Source of the DNA: Polyangiales bacterium | GTDB lineage: Bacteria > Myxococcota_A > Polyangia > Polyangiales > JADJQN01 | Reading direction: 5' to 3' | NCBI GenBank assembly: GCA_964202905.1 | Contig: CAXNJO010000011.1 | Span: 1 to 64,000 of the forward strand | DNA: 64,000 nt | Shown: positions 32,142 to 44,655 of the stretch, piece after piece | Numbering within the stretch: position 1 is the stretch's first letter | Layout of the letters: each line of letters starts with the position of its first letter | Position numbers and translations under genes: made by a program | The notes under the pieces: model-generated | What the model was told of the DNA's origin: nothing | The model's input: the letters and a program-made list of their open reading frames with translations, nothing else | Database searches by the model: none

Positions 32142-33239
32142 TTGCGCATCCTGATCTTGTCCGCGACCGGGCAGCAGGACGTCGCGGCGCGCTCGATCGC
32201 CGAGGCGCTCGCGACCGCGCACGAGGTCGTCGAGTTCGACTACGCGGCGGCGCACACGCCGTTCCTCGGCATCACCCCGCTGCGGCGCGTCACGAGCGTC
32301 TACCGCCGCGCGCTGCAAGCGGCCGGGATCGGTGAGACGGCCCTCGCCGACCTCGCGCTCAAGCGCTTCATCGCGGGCAAGCGCTTCGACATGGTGCTCT
32401 TGCTGCGGGTCAACGTCATGCCCCCCGAGGTCATCGAGGCGCTGCGTTCGACGGGCGCGCTGGTCATCGGCTGGTTCATGGACGCGATCGTGAACCTCGG
32501 CGCCGCGCGCTTCTTCGAGGCCCCGTATCACCGCGTGTTCTTCAAGGATCGGCTCGTCGTCGCCCATTTCCGCGAGATCACGCGCAGCCCGGTCTACGAC
32601 TACCTCGCGCAGGGCTTCGATCCGCGGCTCCACCGTCCCGTCGCCGGCGCCACGAAGGAGGTCGACGTCGGGACGTTCGGCAACGGCTACCCGTACCGAT
32701 CCGCGCTGCTCTTGCCCCTGCTCGAGCGCTCGGACCTCCACGTCGAGGTGCGCGGTGCGCCGGCCCGGATGACCTCCCCGGAGATGCGCCGCGCGTTTCG
32801 CTCGACGGTCCGCGGCCTCGAGAAGAGCGCCACCGTCGCCCGCTTCCGCATCGCCTTCAACTCGTGCCACTTCGGTGAGCTCGGGGGCGTGAACAAGCGC
32901 ACCTTCGAGCTCGCGGGGATGGGCGCCTTCCAACTCACGGACGGTGTCGCCGTCGGCCACTACCTCGAGCCCGAGAAGGAGGTCGCGACGTTCCGCGGAC
33001 GCGCGGACCTCGTCGAGAAGGTCGACTACTACCTCGATCGCCCTGCGCTGCGCAGCGAGATCGCCGAGGCGGGGTTGCAGCGCGCGTGGCGCGAACACAC
33101 CTGGGCGCACCGCTGCAACGAGCTCTTCGAGCGTGTGCCCGAGCTGCGCGGGGTCGCGCGCCTGCCCGTCGTCGCCGAGGCGCCCGCCCCCGACTCGGCG
33201 CATCTGCGGGACGCGCGCCCGAAGGCTCAGGCGCGCTGA
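32142..33239 (+). CDS. CgeB-like (GT-B) glycosyltransferase
   Basis: MRILIL start, WFMD, FDPRLHRP, NKRTFELAGMGAFQLTD, EHTWAHR. Confidence 0.85.
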   Translation: MRILILSATGQQDVAARSIAEALATAHEVVEFDYAAAHTPFLGITPLRRVTSVYRRALQAAGIGETALADLALKRFIAGKRFDMVLLLRVNVMPPEVIEALRSTGALVIGWFMDAIVNLGAARFFEAPYHRVFFKDRLVVAHFREITRSPVYDYLAQGFDPRLHRPVAGATKEVDVGTFGNGYPYRSALLLPLLERSDLHVEVRGAPARMTSPEMRRAFRSTVRGLEKSATVARFRIAFNSCHFGELGGVNKRTFELAGMGAFQLTDGVAVGHYLEPEKEVATFRGRADLVEKVDYYLDRPALRSEIAEAGLQRAWREHTWAHRCNELFERVPELRGVARLPVVAEAPAPDSAHLRDARPKAQAR

Positions 33240-35083
33240 GTCGCGACCCAGGCGGCGTACGCGCCGAGGTTGCCCCAGATCCAGCGCGACGCGTGGGGCA
33301 GCGCCTCCCACCGCGGGCGCCGATCGAAGACGGCCGCGCACTGCTCCCATCCGGCGCGGAGCGGCTCGTCGAGCGCGGCGACGTAGGCCTTCAGCGGCGC
33401 GTGGAAGCCCATCTTCCACGCACGTTCCGCGACCACCCGCGGGAGCGCGTCGGCGACCGCGTGGCGCAGCGTGGCCTTCAGGCCCGTGCGGTCCACGCGC
33501 TCGGCGGGAGGCACGCCGAAGGCGGTCTCCACGACCTCCTCGTCGAGGAGCGGGACACGCCCCTCGACGCCGTGCGCGAGGCCCATGCGGTCGCTGTGCA
33601 GCAGGTAGCGCGGAACCGACCACGACTCGAGCGAGGACCGCAGCGCCGCGTTCACGCGGGGCCGCCCGTCCATCGCATGCCAGTGCTGCGCGGCGTCGAT
33701 CATCGCGGCGCAGCCGAGCGGCACGGGCAGGCGCGTAGCCCGCGCGGTGCGCGCCGCGGTGATCGCGGCCCGCAGGGGCGTCGGCAGCCGGTAGTACGCG
33801 CCCGTCGTCGCCACGTAGCGCCCCGGGTGCGCGGGTGCGTCGCCCGCGAACACCGCGCCGAGGCCCGCGGCGATGTCGCGCAACACGTCAAAGCGCCGGG
33901 CCTCGAACAGATCGTTGGCGAGCGCGCCGAGGTAGGCCGGATAACCGACGAACACCTCGTCGCCGCCGAGGCCCCCGAGCAGGACCTTCACGCCGTGTTC
34001 GCGCGCGGTGCGGGCGATGCAGTACTCCGCGTAGCTGGAGACGTCGCCGTACGGCTCCTCCTGGTGGTGCACGTAGCGCTCGAAATCGCCGCGCAACTGC
34101 GCGGGTGACGCGGACACCCAGTGCACCGTGTGCGGGCTCTTCACCGCTGCGAGCATCGCGTTCTGGAACGGGCGCTCGTCGGCCTGCGCGAGGCTGTCGT
34201 GGTAGGCGAAGAGGTGCAGCGGCTGCGTGTGTCCGGCCGCGACGCGCACGCGGTCGGCGAGCGCGACGACGGTGGAGGAGTCGAGCCCGCCCGAGACGGT
34301 GGCGCCGATCGGCACCTCGCCGACGAGCTGCCGCGCGATCGCGCGCTCGAGCGCCGCGCGCACGTCCTGCACCGTGCGCGCGGGCGGCGCGACGGGGATC
34401 CGATAGAACCGGCGCGTCGCGAGCGTACGCCCATCCCAGCGCGCCACGTGCCCCGCGGGCAGCGACGAGACGCCCCGCAACATCGTGTCGAAGGGAACCT
34501 CGTCCGTGCGCCCCAGCAGCACGTAGCGGAGCGCCACCTCGTCGCGGATCGACGCATCGACCCAACGGAGGCCGAGCAGCGCCTTCTGCTCGGAGGCGAA
34601 CGCGAGGCGGCCGCCCTGCGTCGCGTAGTAGAGCGGCCGCACGCCGAGCCGATCGCGGGCGAGCGTCAGCGTCCGCGCCCGCGCGTCCCACCACGCGAAG
34701 GCGTACTGCCCGCGGATCCGCTCGAGCGTCGCGTCGACGCCCCAGCGCGCGAGCGCGTGCATCAGGACTTCGGTGTCGCTGCGACCCTGAAACGCGGCGC
34801 CCTCGGCCACGAGCCGCTCCCGGAGCGGCTGCCAGCCGAAGAGCTCACCGTTGAAGACGAGCGTGCCGGCACCGTCGGGCGCGTGCATGGGCTGCGCGCC
34901 CTGCGGGCCGAGCCCTTGAATCGCGAGGCGCCGGTGTCCGAGCGCCAGCGGCGCGTCCGGGACGAGGTGGACGGCCTCGTCGTCGGGGCCGCGGTGGATC
35001 AGCCGCCGGGTCGCCGCCCGCGCGGTCGCCTCACGCTCGGCGACGTGCGCCTCTGCATCCCACAACCCGAAGATTCCACACAC
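33227..35083 (-). CDS. asnB: Asparagine synthase-family glutamine amidotransferase
   Basis: N-terminal (M)CGIFG, HRGPD, GHRRLAI, FNGE, SGGLDSS, GGDE, DRMG...EGRVPLLD, KMGF. Confidence 0.93.
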   Translation of the reverse strand: MCGIFGLWDAEAHVAEREATARAATRRLIHRGPDDEAVHLVPDAPLALGHRRLAIQGLGPQGAQPMHAPDGAGTLVFNGELFGWQPLRERLVAEGAAFQGRSDTEVLMHALARWGVDATLERIRGQYAFAWWDARARTLTLARDRLGVRPLYYATQGGRLAFASEQKALLGLRWVDASIRDEVALRYVLLGRTDEVPFDTMLRGVSSLPAGHVARWDGRTLATRRFYRIPVAPPARTVQDVRAALERAIARQLVGEVPIGATVSGGLDSSTVVALADRVRVAAGHTQPLHLFAYHDSLAQADERPFQNAMLAAVKSPHTVHWVSASPAQLRGDFERYVHHQEEPYGDVSSYAEYCIARTAREHGVKVLLGGLGGDEVFVGYPAYLGALANDLFEARRFDVLRDIAAGLGAVFAGDAPAHPGRYVATTGAYYRLPTPLRAAITAARTARATRLPVPLGCAAMIDAAQHWHAMDGRPRVNAALRSSLESWSVPRYLLHSDRMGLAHGVEGRVPLLDEEVVETAFGVPPAERVDRTGLKATLRHAVADALPRVVAERAWKMGFHAPLKAYVAALDEPLRAGWEQCAAVFDRRPRWEALPHASRWIWGNLGAYAAWVATQRA

Positions 35084-35218
35084 GTCCGGGTCGCTCCTCG
35101 TGCCGCGGGGGGCCGCAGGCGCGGAATGTCGTCTCTCCACGCGGCCGAGTCAAACCCGTCCGCCGTGGCCCTGCCTGCGCGACGGGCGGCCTCCCGTCCG
35201 ACGCCGCTGAATGACGGT

Positions 35219-37003
35219 TCAGTCGCGCGCGCGCCCCGCCACGAGCGGCGCCGCGCGCTCGAGGCGCAGGGCGCGGCGGAGCGCTCGCGACACGAGCAGC
35301 GCGCACGCGAGCAGCAGGCCGAGCGCCGAGAGCGCGAGCGACGGCGCGAGCAGCGGTGGCCGAAAGCGCACGTCGAGGCGGTAGCGGCCGGCGGGCGCGT
35401 CGATCGCGAGGCGGCCCGCGTCGTCGACCGCCGCGCCGTGGCTCGGCCGCCAGCCGGGATCGAAGTTCGAGTTCCACACGAGCCGCGTCGGCGCGGGCAG
35501 ATCGACCTCCGCGTAGAGCCGCGAGGGCGTGCGGCCGCTCGCGTGCACGCGTCCCGGCGCGGTCGCGCGGACCTGCGGCACGGGGCCGAGCCAGAGCCCG
35601 GGCGCGACGGTCCAACGCATCGCGCCCTCGTAGCAGCCCGTCGTGCCGAGGTCCTCGCGCGGCAGGTGCGCGTAGCGCGCGTGGTAGTCCGCGACGGGCG
35701 CGAGGTGGAAGGCGTCCGCCGTGAGCCCCGCGCCGATCGGTGGGGCCTTCCAGCGGTCGACGATGGGGCGCGTCACCACGGCGAGGTCCGTCGTCGCGCC
35801 GAGGACGACGAGCCACGCGAGCGCGGTCGCGGCGATGCGCCCGGCGCTGCGCGGCGCGCCGGACTTCGCGAGCGCGTCGAGCGCGAGGCCCGCGAGCAGC
35901 GCGAGGTAGAAGGTCGCGACGCCGAGGAAGCGCGAGGGCACGCGCAGCGCATCGAAGACGGGCAGCGCGTGCAAGAGCGGCCAGGGGCGCAGCGCGCCGT
36001 TGCCGAGCACGAGCGCGAAGAAGAGCGCCGCGCCGAGCCCCGCTGCGAGGATGCGGCCCCTCCGAGCGCGGCCGCCGCCCATCCGTCCGAGCAGCGCGCG
36101 CACGCCCCCGAGCAGCGCGAATCCTGCGAGCGCGATCACCGTCCAGCCGACGAACGCGCCGTACTCGGGCCACACGAACTCGTGTCCCGGCCAGCGCCAC
36201 GCGTGCGTGCGCTCGGTGAGCGCGGTGACGACGTCCGCCGGGCTCAGGCGGTCGATCGACGCCATCGCGCGCGGGAAGCGCCGCAGCGCCTCGAGGATCG
36301 GGAGCAGGCGGACGGCGGAGACGAGCGGGAAGAGCACGCTGACGACGAGCGCAGCCCGCAGCGTCGCGCGGCGCGCTTCCGGGCGTCGCGCGAGGATCAG
36401 CGCCTCGAACGCGAGCGCGAGGCCCATGTAGGGCAGGGGATAGGTGCCGCCCTCCGCGACCGTCAGCGCGAGCAGCAGCGCGACCACGACGGCGCCGCGC
36501 ACGTCGCGGAGCGCGCGACGCCACGCGAGCAGCACGAGCGGCAGGTAATCGAACGCGAGGAACGTCCCGTGGCCGCCTGCGCCGTGCCACGCGAAGAAGC
36601 CCGAGAGCGCCCACGCGACGGCCGCGAGCCACGCCGCCGGCATCGCGAGGCCGAGCGCGCGGTGCGCGTACGCGCGCATGCCGAGCACGCCGATCACGGT
36701 GTGTCCGACGAGCATCGCCTTGATGCCGAGCGTCGGCCCGACGAGAAACGCGAGCAGGAACCACGGCGCGAAGTGCTGCGACTCCGGGTTGCCGAGCATC
36801 GTCACGCCGCCGCAGTGGTACGGGTCCCAGAGCGGCCACTCGCCGTGCCGCACGAGCGCGACCCAGCCCACCTCCCAGTTGTGGTGGACCATCTGCCAGT
36901 CGCCGAGGCCCGTCGCGTCCGGGGCGACGAGCGCGGGGGACCAGTACGCGAGCGAGAGCGCCGTCGCGGCGAGGAAGGCGCGCGTCGGGCCGCCCGCCTT
37001 CAC
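35219..37003 (-). CDS. YfhO-like GT-C membrane protein
   Basis: GDW after TM1, PLWDPYHCGG..LGNPES, LRVPSRF, NSNFDPGWR, terminal TM. Confidence 0.75.
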   Translation of the reverse strand: MKAGGPTRAFLAATALSLAYWSPALVAPDATGLGDWQMVHHNWEVGWVALVRHGEWPLWDPYHCGGVTMLGNPESQHFAPWFLLAFLVGPTLGIKAMLVGHTVIGVLGMRAYAHRALGLAMPAAWLAAVAWALSGFFAWHGAGGHGTFLAFDYLPLVLLAWRRALRDVRGAVVVALLLALTVAEGGTYPLPYMGLALAFEALILARRPEARRATLRAALVVSVLFPLVSAVRLLPILEALRRFPRAMASIDRLSPADVVTALTERTHAWRWPGHEFVWPEYGAFVGWTVIALAGFALLGGVRALLGRMGGGRARRGRILAAGLGAALFFALVLGNGALRPWPLLHALPVFDALRVPSRFLGVATFYLALLAGLALDALAKSGAPRSAGRIAATALAWLVVLGATTDLAVVTRPIVDRWKAPPIGAGLTADAFHLAPVADYHARYAHLPREDLGTTGCYEGAMRWTVAPGLWLGPVPQVRATAPGRVHASGRTPSRLYAEVDLPAPTRLVWNSNFDPGWRPSHGAAVDDAGRLAIDAPAGRYRLDVRFRPPLLAPSLALSALGLLLACALLVSRALRRALRLERAAPLVAGRARD

Positions 37004-38487
37004 GCGCGGGCGTGCGCCGTGCCTGCGCGCTCGCGGGCGTGCGTCGGCTTGCGGAGCACGGCGATGAGCGAGAGGGGCTGGAGCGGGAACCACGGATCCA
37101 CGGCGCGCATGACCGGCGTGATCGCGTTGAGCGTCAGCACCTGGAAGAGCCCGAAGTGCCGGCGGCGCAGCACCTTGCCGTTGAGGTACCAGGCCGCGGT
37201 GCCGACGCGGTTGAACTCGATCATCTCGTCGACCTCGAAGCCCGCCGTGCGCGCGACGTCGCTGAGTGAGGCGCGCGTGTACCGGCGGACGTGCCCGAGG
37301 ACCTCGTCGAGCGTGCCGTAGTTCCACTCGCCCTGCGGCACGAGGATGATCGCGCGACCGCCCTCGGAGAGCGCGTCGCGGATGTTGCGGAGCGCGCCGA
37401 GGTCGTCCTGCACGTGCTCGACGACGTTGAGGCAGACGACGGTGTCGAAGCCCTCGCCCGTGCGCGGGAAGCTCGCCGGATCGGTCACGTCGCAGAAGGT
37501 CGAGCGCAGATAGGGGCGGCCGGCGCGGAGCGCGTCGAGGGTCTCGAGGTAGAGCGGGTTGATGTCGCTCGCCACGTACTCGGTGCGCGGGATGAGCGCC
37601 TGCGTGAGGTTGCCGACGCCCGCGCCGATCTCGAGGACGCGCTCGCCGCAGTAGCTGCGGATCGTGTCGGCCATCCACGTGTTGAAGCGCGTCGCGCGCG
37701 AGAGGCGCGAGAGCATCGCGGAGCCGTATTCGTCGCCGGTGTAGACCTCGTCCGAGACGGCGTATTTCGAGATCGCGGCGAGCGCCTTGAAGCCATCGCG
37801 CCAGCTGATCTTCTTGCCTTCCTGGTAGGTGCGGCCCGAGTAGCGGATCGGCACCTCGAAGACGCGCGCACCGCGCTTGGCGAGCTTGATCGTGAGCTCC
37901 GGCTCGAGGCGGAAATCGTTGGACTCGATCGGGATCGACTTCAGCAAGGTCGTCCGCACGGCCTTGTAGCAAGTCTCCATGTCGGTGAGGTTCAGGTTGG
38001 TCACGACGTTCGTGAGCGTCGTGAGCAGCCGGTTGCCGAGCTCGTGGCGGTAGTTGAGGACGCGCCGCGCGGAGGAGCCGGCGAAGCGCGAGCCGAAGAC
38101 GGCGTCCGCGCGCTCGTCGACGAAGACCTGCACGATGTGCAGGAGATCGACGGGGTGGTACTCGAGGTCGGCATCGTGGATGACGGTGATGTCGCAGCTC
38201 GCGCGCTCGAGCGCCGTCTGGATGGCCTTGCCCTTGCCGCCGTTGCGCTCGTGGCGGAGGAACACCCACTCGATGCGGACCTTCGCGTCCGAGAGGCGCC
38301 TCCGCTCTTCTTCCTGGAAGCGCGCGAGCGCCTCGGACGTGCCGTCGCGCGAGCAGTCGTCGACGACGATCACCTGCAGGCGCGTGAGGTGCGGGCTCGT
38401 CTCGAGGATGCGGAGCCGGCCGAGCGACTCGGCGACGAGGTACTGCTCGTTGTAGACCGGCACGAGCACGCTGAGGGAGGTCGACAC
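37000..38487 (-). CDS. Bifunctional DPM1-like GT2 glycosyltransferase / class I SAM-methyltransferase-fold protein
   Basis: VPVYNE, VDDCSRDGT, NGGKG, DADLEY, DMETCYK, EGKKI; then VLEIGAGVGN, NVVEHV, GHVRRY. Confidence 0.92.
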   Translation of the reverse strand: MSTSLSVLVPVYNEQYLVAESLGRLRILETSPHLTRLQVIVVDDCSRDGTSEALARFQEEERRRLSDAKVRIEWVFLRHERNGGKGKAIQTALERASCDITVIHDADLEYHPVDLLHIVQVFVDERADAVFGSRFAGSSARRVLNYRHELGNRLLTTLTNVVTNLNLTDMETCYKAVRTTLLKSIPIESNDFRLEPELTIKLAKRGARVFEVPIRYSGRTYQEGKKISWRDGFKALAAISKYAVSDEVYTGDEYGSAMLSRLSRATRFNTWMADTIRSYCGERVLEIGAGVGNLTQALIPRTEYVASDINPLYLETLDALRAGRPYLRSTFCDVTDPASFPRTGEGFDTVVCLNVVEHVQDDLGALRNIRDALSEGGRAIILVPQGEWNYGTLDEVLGHVRRYTRASLSDVARTAGFEVDEMIEFNRVGTAAWYLNGKVLRRRHFGLFQVLTLNAITPVMRAVDPWFPLQPLSLIAVLRKPTHARERAGTAHARA

Positions 38488-38541
38488 GGCCGCGATTGTG
38501 ATCGAAGTGCGGCGGTCGATCCAGCGTTGCCGCGGCACCAC

Positions 38542-38574
38542 GAAAAACGCCCCGGAGGTCTCCCTCCGGGGCGT
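38542..38574 (-). terminator. Rho-independent terminator downstream of hppA
   Basis: Perfect 12-bp stem ACGCCCCGGAGG/CCTCCGGGGCGT, 4-nt loop, T-run on the minus strand. Confidence 0.88.
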
Positions 38575-38623
38575 CTCGCGAGTGGGTGGCGCCTCGCCCC
38601 GCGGGGGGCAGGCGCGCTGCGGC

Positions 38624-41215
<2,592 letters not shown>

Positions 41216-41428
41216 GAGAGGTCTCCTGCAGTGGACTCGAGCGGTCGCCCGTGGCCTACCGACGCCTTTTGCGTAGAAATCTAGGGCAAAATGCGCGCGA
41301 TCGGGCCTCCGGGGCCGCCGAAGGTGCGCCCTTCTAGCAGCGGCCCCTGAAAATGTCGAGAGTGCCCCGCGGCGCTGGAGTGGGGGAGATCACGGGAAGC
41401 AGGGGCCTGGCGGGTCGCCGCGCGCCCC

Positions 41429-41758
41429 TCATCCGAGGCCGCGATCGGCCCGCACGCGCAGGCACTCGGCGTCGCCCGGCTGCACGCGGCGGCAGCCGTG
41501 GGGGCGGTGCGCGTAGATGGCGCAGCGCACCCGCTTGCCGAGCGCGCCGAGCAGGGCGAGGCAGCGCCCCTCGGCGTCGAGGCGCAGGTGCAGCTCGCCG
41601 CGCGCGTTCGCGACGACGTGCTTCTTGCGCAGGTCGGGGCGCCGCAGCACGGGCTCGCCGGGCCGCACCTCGACGTAGTCGGCGAAGCCCTCGGCCGTGT
41701 TGGCGGCGGGGTTCGTGCAACAGGCGCCGCACGCCGTGCACTCGAGCGGGGCGCTCAC
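41429..41758 (-). CDS. YkgJ-family Cys-cluster (Zn/Fe-chelating) protein
   Basis: CTACGACC, CLAL, CAIYAHRPHGCR. Confidence 0.88.
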   Translation of the reverse strand: MSAPLECTACGACCTNPAANTAEGFADYVEVRPGEPVLRRPDLRKKHVVANARGELHLRLDAEGRCLALLGALGKRVRCAIYAHRPHGCRRVQPGDAECLRVRADRGLG

Positions 41759-43461
41759 GGGCGGGCGGCGGCCGCGACCCTGCGGACGCGCGCGGCCTCG
41801 CGCAGGCGCCCCTCGGCGTCGTAGGTGAGGGCGAGCCGCTCGGCGAGCGCCGTGTCCGCGGGACTCGCGCGGAACGCGGCCTCGAGCTGCGCCGCGCGAT
41901 CGTGCCCCGCGGGCTGCCAGTGTTCGGTGACGAAGGCGCGCGCGTCGACGACGGCGGGGGTCTCCGCGGGGCCGAGCGCGGTCGGCAGCAGCGCGACGCC
42001 CGCCACCGCAGCGCTCGCGAGGGAGAGGCCGAGGGCCCGCGCCGCGCGACCATCGAGTCCCCCGTTCGCGCGGGCGGACGCGCGGTGGACGAGGAGCCCC
42101 AGCCCGGCGAGCGCGAGCGCGGCGAGGGGGAGCATCGCGAGCCCGCCGTGCACGTCGAGGCAGCCGAGCGCCGCCTTCGGCGCGTAGCCGTGCGCGAGCA
42201 GGACCGCGAAGAGTTGTGGAAGCGGGCGCGTCAGCTCTTCGGGGAGGTGGGGGTAGTAGACGCTCGGGATCCCGGACGCGACGAGCCCGGCGGCGCAGGT
42301 GCCGAGCGCGAGGGCGTAGGCGGCGAAGCGCGCGCGGGTCGCCAGCCAGCCGAACGCCTCCATCGCCCACCAGGCGAAGAAGGGCACCGTCAGCGCGAGG
42401 TAGCGCGGGCCGAGCGTCCAGCCGCCGCGCCAGATCCGCATCACGAGAATCGCGCCGATGGAGAGCGCGACGACGAGCAGCGAGGCGAGCGCGTCGGCGC
42501 GCGTGCCGCGACGTGCGAGCAGACGCGGCAGCCCGAGCGCCGCGAACACGAGGAAGGGCGTCAGCGCGAAGAGCCCGAAGCCGCGATCGAAGAGCAGCGC
42601 GAGCGCCTCGGGGTGGAAGCCGTCCGCGCCGAAGAGCCCCTGCTCGTGGTTCGCGCGGAACGCGGGGTTCTCGACGAAGAGGTGTCCCGGCGTGAATGGG
42701 CTGCCGAACGCCTTCCATTGGAAGTGCATCACCAGCAGCGTCGGGATGGCCGCGCCGAGCGCGAAGAGCGCGAGCCGGTTCCAGGGCCGCACGCAGCGGA
42801 GCGCGTAGAGCGAGAGGATCACGGACGCGAAGACCGCGGGATATTCGAGCCACGTGATCGCCGCCGCGAGCAGGCCCGCGGCGAACGCGCGCCGCCCATC
42901 GATGCGACCCTCGACGCGCGCGTCGGCGAGCAGCGCGAACGCGCCGAACGCGGCGGCCGCGCTCTGCGTGTGGCTCACGAACATCATCCCGTAGCCGTAG
43001 AGGAGCGAGCCGAGGCCGACGGCGAAGACCGTCGCGTCCGCGAGGACGGGCTCGGCCGGGACGCGCCGGAGCAGCCAGCGGTGGAAGAAGAAGAGGAACA
43101 GCAGCGCGGGCAGCACGCTCGCGGTGACGCGGCACACCCAGAGCGCGACCTCGCGGTCGATCGGCAGACCGCGCGCACGCTGCAACTGCGCGTAGAGCGC
43201 ATACCCGGGTACGCCGAGCTCGCTCGCGCCCGCAGCCTTCACGCTGTACGCGTGCCCGTCGCGCACGGCGGCGTCGTTCACCCATCCCCAGCGCGCGCGC
43301 TGGGTGTCGATCACGTAGGTGTGCTCCTCGACGAGCGCCGCCGTCATGTAGAAGCGGACGTTCTCGTTGGGGTTGTTGACCTCGGGCTGGTACGGGAACG
43401 CGTACAGATACGCGCAGGCGCAGACGCCCAGCACCGACCACGTGCGCGCGCGGCTCGTCAT
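41755..43461 (-). CDS. GT-C-like polytopic membrane protein with C-terminal TPR-like helix
   Basis: NNPNENVR after TM1, YSVKAAG, FVSH, GLFALTP, WRGGWTLGPRYL. Confidence 0.65.
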   Translation of the reverse strand: MTSRARTWSVLGVCACAYLYAFPYQPEVNNPNENVRFYMTAALVEEHTYVIDTQRARWGWVNDAAVRDGHAYSVKAAGASELGVPGYALYAQLQRARGLPIDREVALWVCRVTASVLPALLFLFFFHRWLLRRVPAEPVLADATVFAVGLGSLLYGYGMMFVSHTQSAAAAFGAFALLADARVEGRIDGRRAFAAGLLAAAITWLEYPAVFASVILSLYALRCVRPWNRLALFALGAAIPTLLVMHFQWKAFGSPFTPGHLFVENPAFRANHEQGLFGADGFHPEALALLFDRGFGLFALTPFLVFAALGLPRLLARRGTRADALASLLVVALSIGAILVMRIWRGGWTLGPRYLALTVPFFAWWAMEAFGWLATRARFAAYALALGTCAAGLVASGIPSVYYPHLPEELTRPLPQLFAVLLAHGYAPKAALGCLDVHGGLAMLPLAALALAGLGLLVHRASARANGGLDGRAARALGLSLASAAVAGVALLPTALGPAETPAVVDARAFVTEHWQPAGHDRAAQLEAAFRASPADTALAERLALTYDAEGRLREAARVRRVAAAARP

Positions 43462-43561
43462 GCGGCCGCGAGGGTAGCAGGAACCCCGCGCATGCCCGCA
43501 CGTGCGCGCGCCGCGGGGTGCGTTGACCGCGCGGGGATCGCCCTCTAGTCTCCGCGCGCTC

Positions 43562-44632
43562 ATGGGGTCCGACAGCGGCGGAGGCACGGTCGGGGGCGCG
43601 TCGGCGCTGGCGCGTACGGAGAGGCGCGTGCTGGCGCGGGGCGCGGCGCGAAAGCGGGTCGTCGCGGTGTCCGGGGCGAGCTCGTTCCTCGGGCGGAACC
43701 TCGTCGGTCTGCTCGAGTCGGACGACGCCACGGAGAGGGTCGTCGTCGTCGACGTGCAGAGCCCACGCACGGCGGGCAGCAAGACGACCTTTTACCAGCT
43801 CGATCTCACGCAGCCGACCGTCGACGCGCGCCTCGCGGAGATCCTCGGCGCCGAGGGCGTCGACACCTTCGTGCACCTCGCCTTCTTGTCGAGCCCCTCG
43901 CAGGCGGGCGCGTGGGCGCACGAGCTCGAGTCCGTCGGGACGATGCACGTGCTCAACGCGTGCCGCGAGCGGCGCATCGCGCGCTTCGTGTTGCGCTCGC
44001 AGACGGCGCTCTACGGCGCGCACGCGTCGAACCCGAACTTCCTCACCGAGAGCCACGCGGTGCGCGGTTTGCCGCGCTCGCCCTTCCTCGCGGACAAGAT
44101 CGACGCCGAGAAGGAGACGCGGAAATACGCGCAGTCGCTGCCGGACTCGTGCGTGACGATCCTGCGTTTCGCGCCGATCCTCGGGCCCACGGCGAGCAAC
44201 TTCCTCACCCGCTGGCTGTCGCGGCGCTTCGTGCCGACGGTGCTCGGCTTCGATCCGCTGCTCCAGTTCGTGCACGAGATGGACGCGCTCGCCGCGCTCA
44301 AACTCGCGATCGAAGGGGACGTGCCCGGCACGTTCAACATCGTGGGCGAGGGGGTGTTGCCCGTCTCGACCGTCATCAAGCTCGCGGGCCGGTCGGCGAT
44401 GCCGCTGCCGTGGACGGTGCTGCAGCAGCTCACCGCGCTCGGCTGGGCCGCGCACGCCGCCGAGGTGCCCCCCTCGTTCCTCGCCTACCTGCGATTCCTC
44501 TGCGTCGCGGACGGCGCGCGCGCGGCGACGGAACTCGGTTTCCAGGCCGCTTACTCCACGCGCGAGGCCGTGCTCGACTTCGGCGGCGCCTTGCGGCTGC
44601 GCGACGCGCGCCTCCTGCACGACGCGCCGTAG
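43562..44632 (+). CDS. NAD-dependent epimerase/dehydratase (atypical SDR)
   Basis: VAVSGASSFLG, VHLAF, GFDPLLQFVH; paired with acyltransferase as in Rv0501/Rv0502-type loci. Confidence 0.88.
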   Translation: MGSDSGGGTVGGASALARTERRVLARGAARKRVVAVSGASSFLGRNLVGLLESDDATERVVVVDVQSPRTAGSKTTFYQLDLTQPTVDARLAEILGAEGVDTFVHLAFLSSPSQAGAWAHELESVGTMHVLNACRERRIARFVLRSQTALYGAHASNPNFLTESHAVRGLPRSPFLADKIDAEKETRKYAQSLPDSCVTILRFAPILGPTASNFLTRWLSRRFVPTVLGFDPLLQFVHEMDALAALKLAIEGDVPGTFNIVGEGVLPVSTVIKLAGRSAMPLPWTVLQQLTALGWAAHAAEVPPSFLAYLRFLCVADGARAATELGFQAAYSTREAVLDFGGALRLRDARLLHDAP

Positions 44633-44655
44633 GCCCCGCGATCAGGAAGACCCCG

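Noticed and set aside
33227..35083. AsnB as lasso-peptide cyclase of a RiPP cluster
   Set aside because: Intact N-terminal Cys glutaminase domain, glycosyltransferase neighbours, no B protein or precursor seen.
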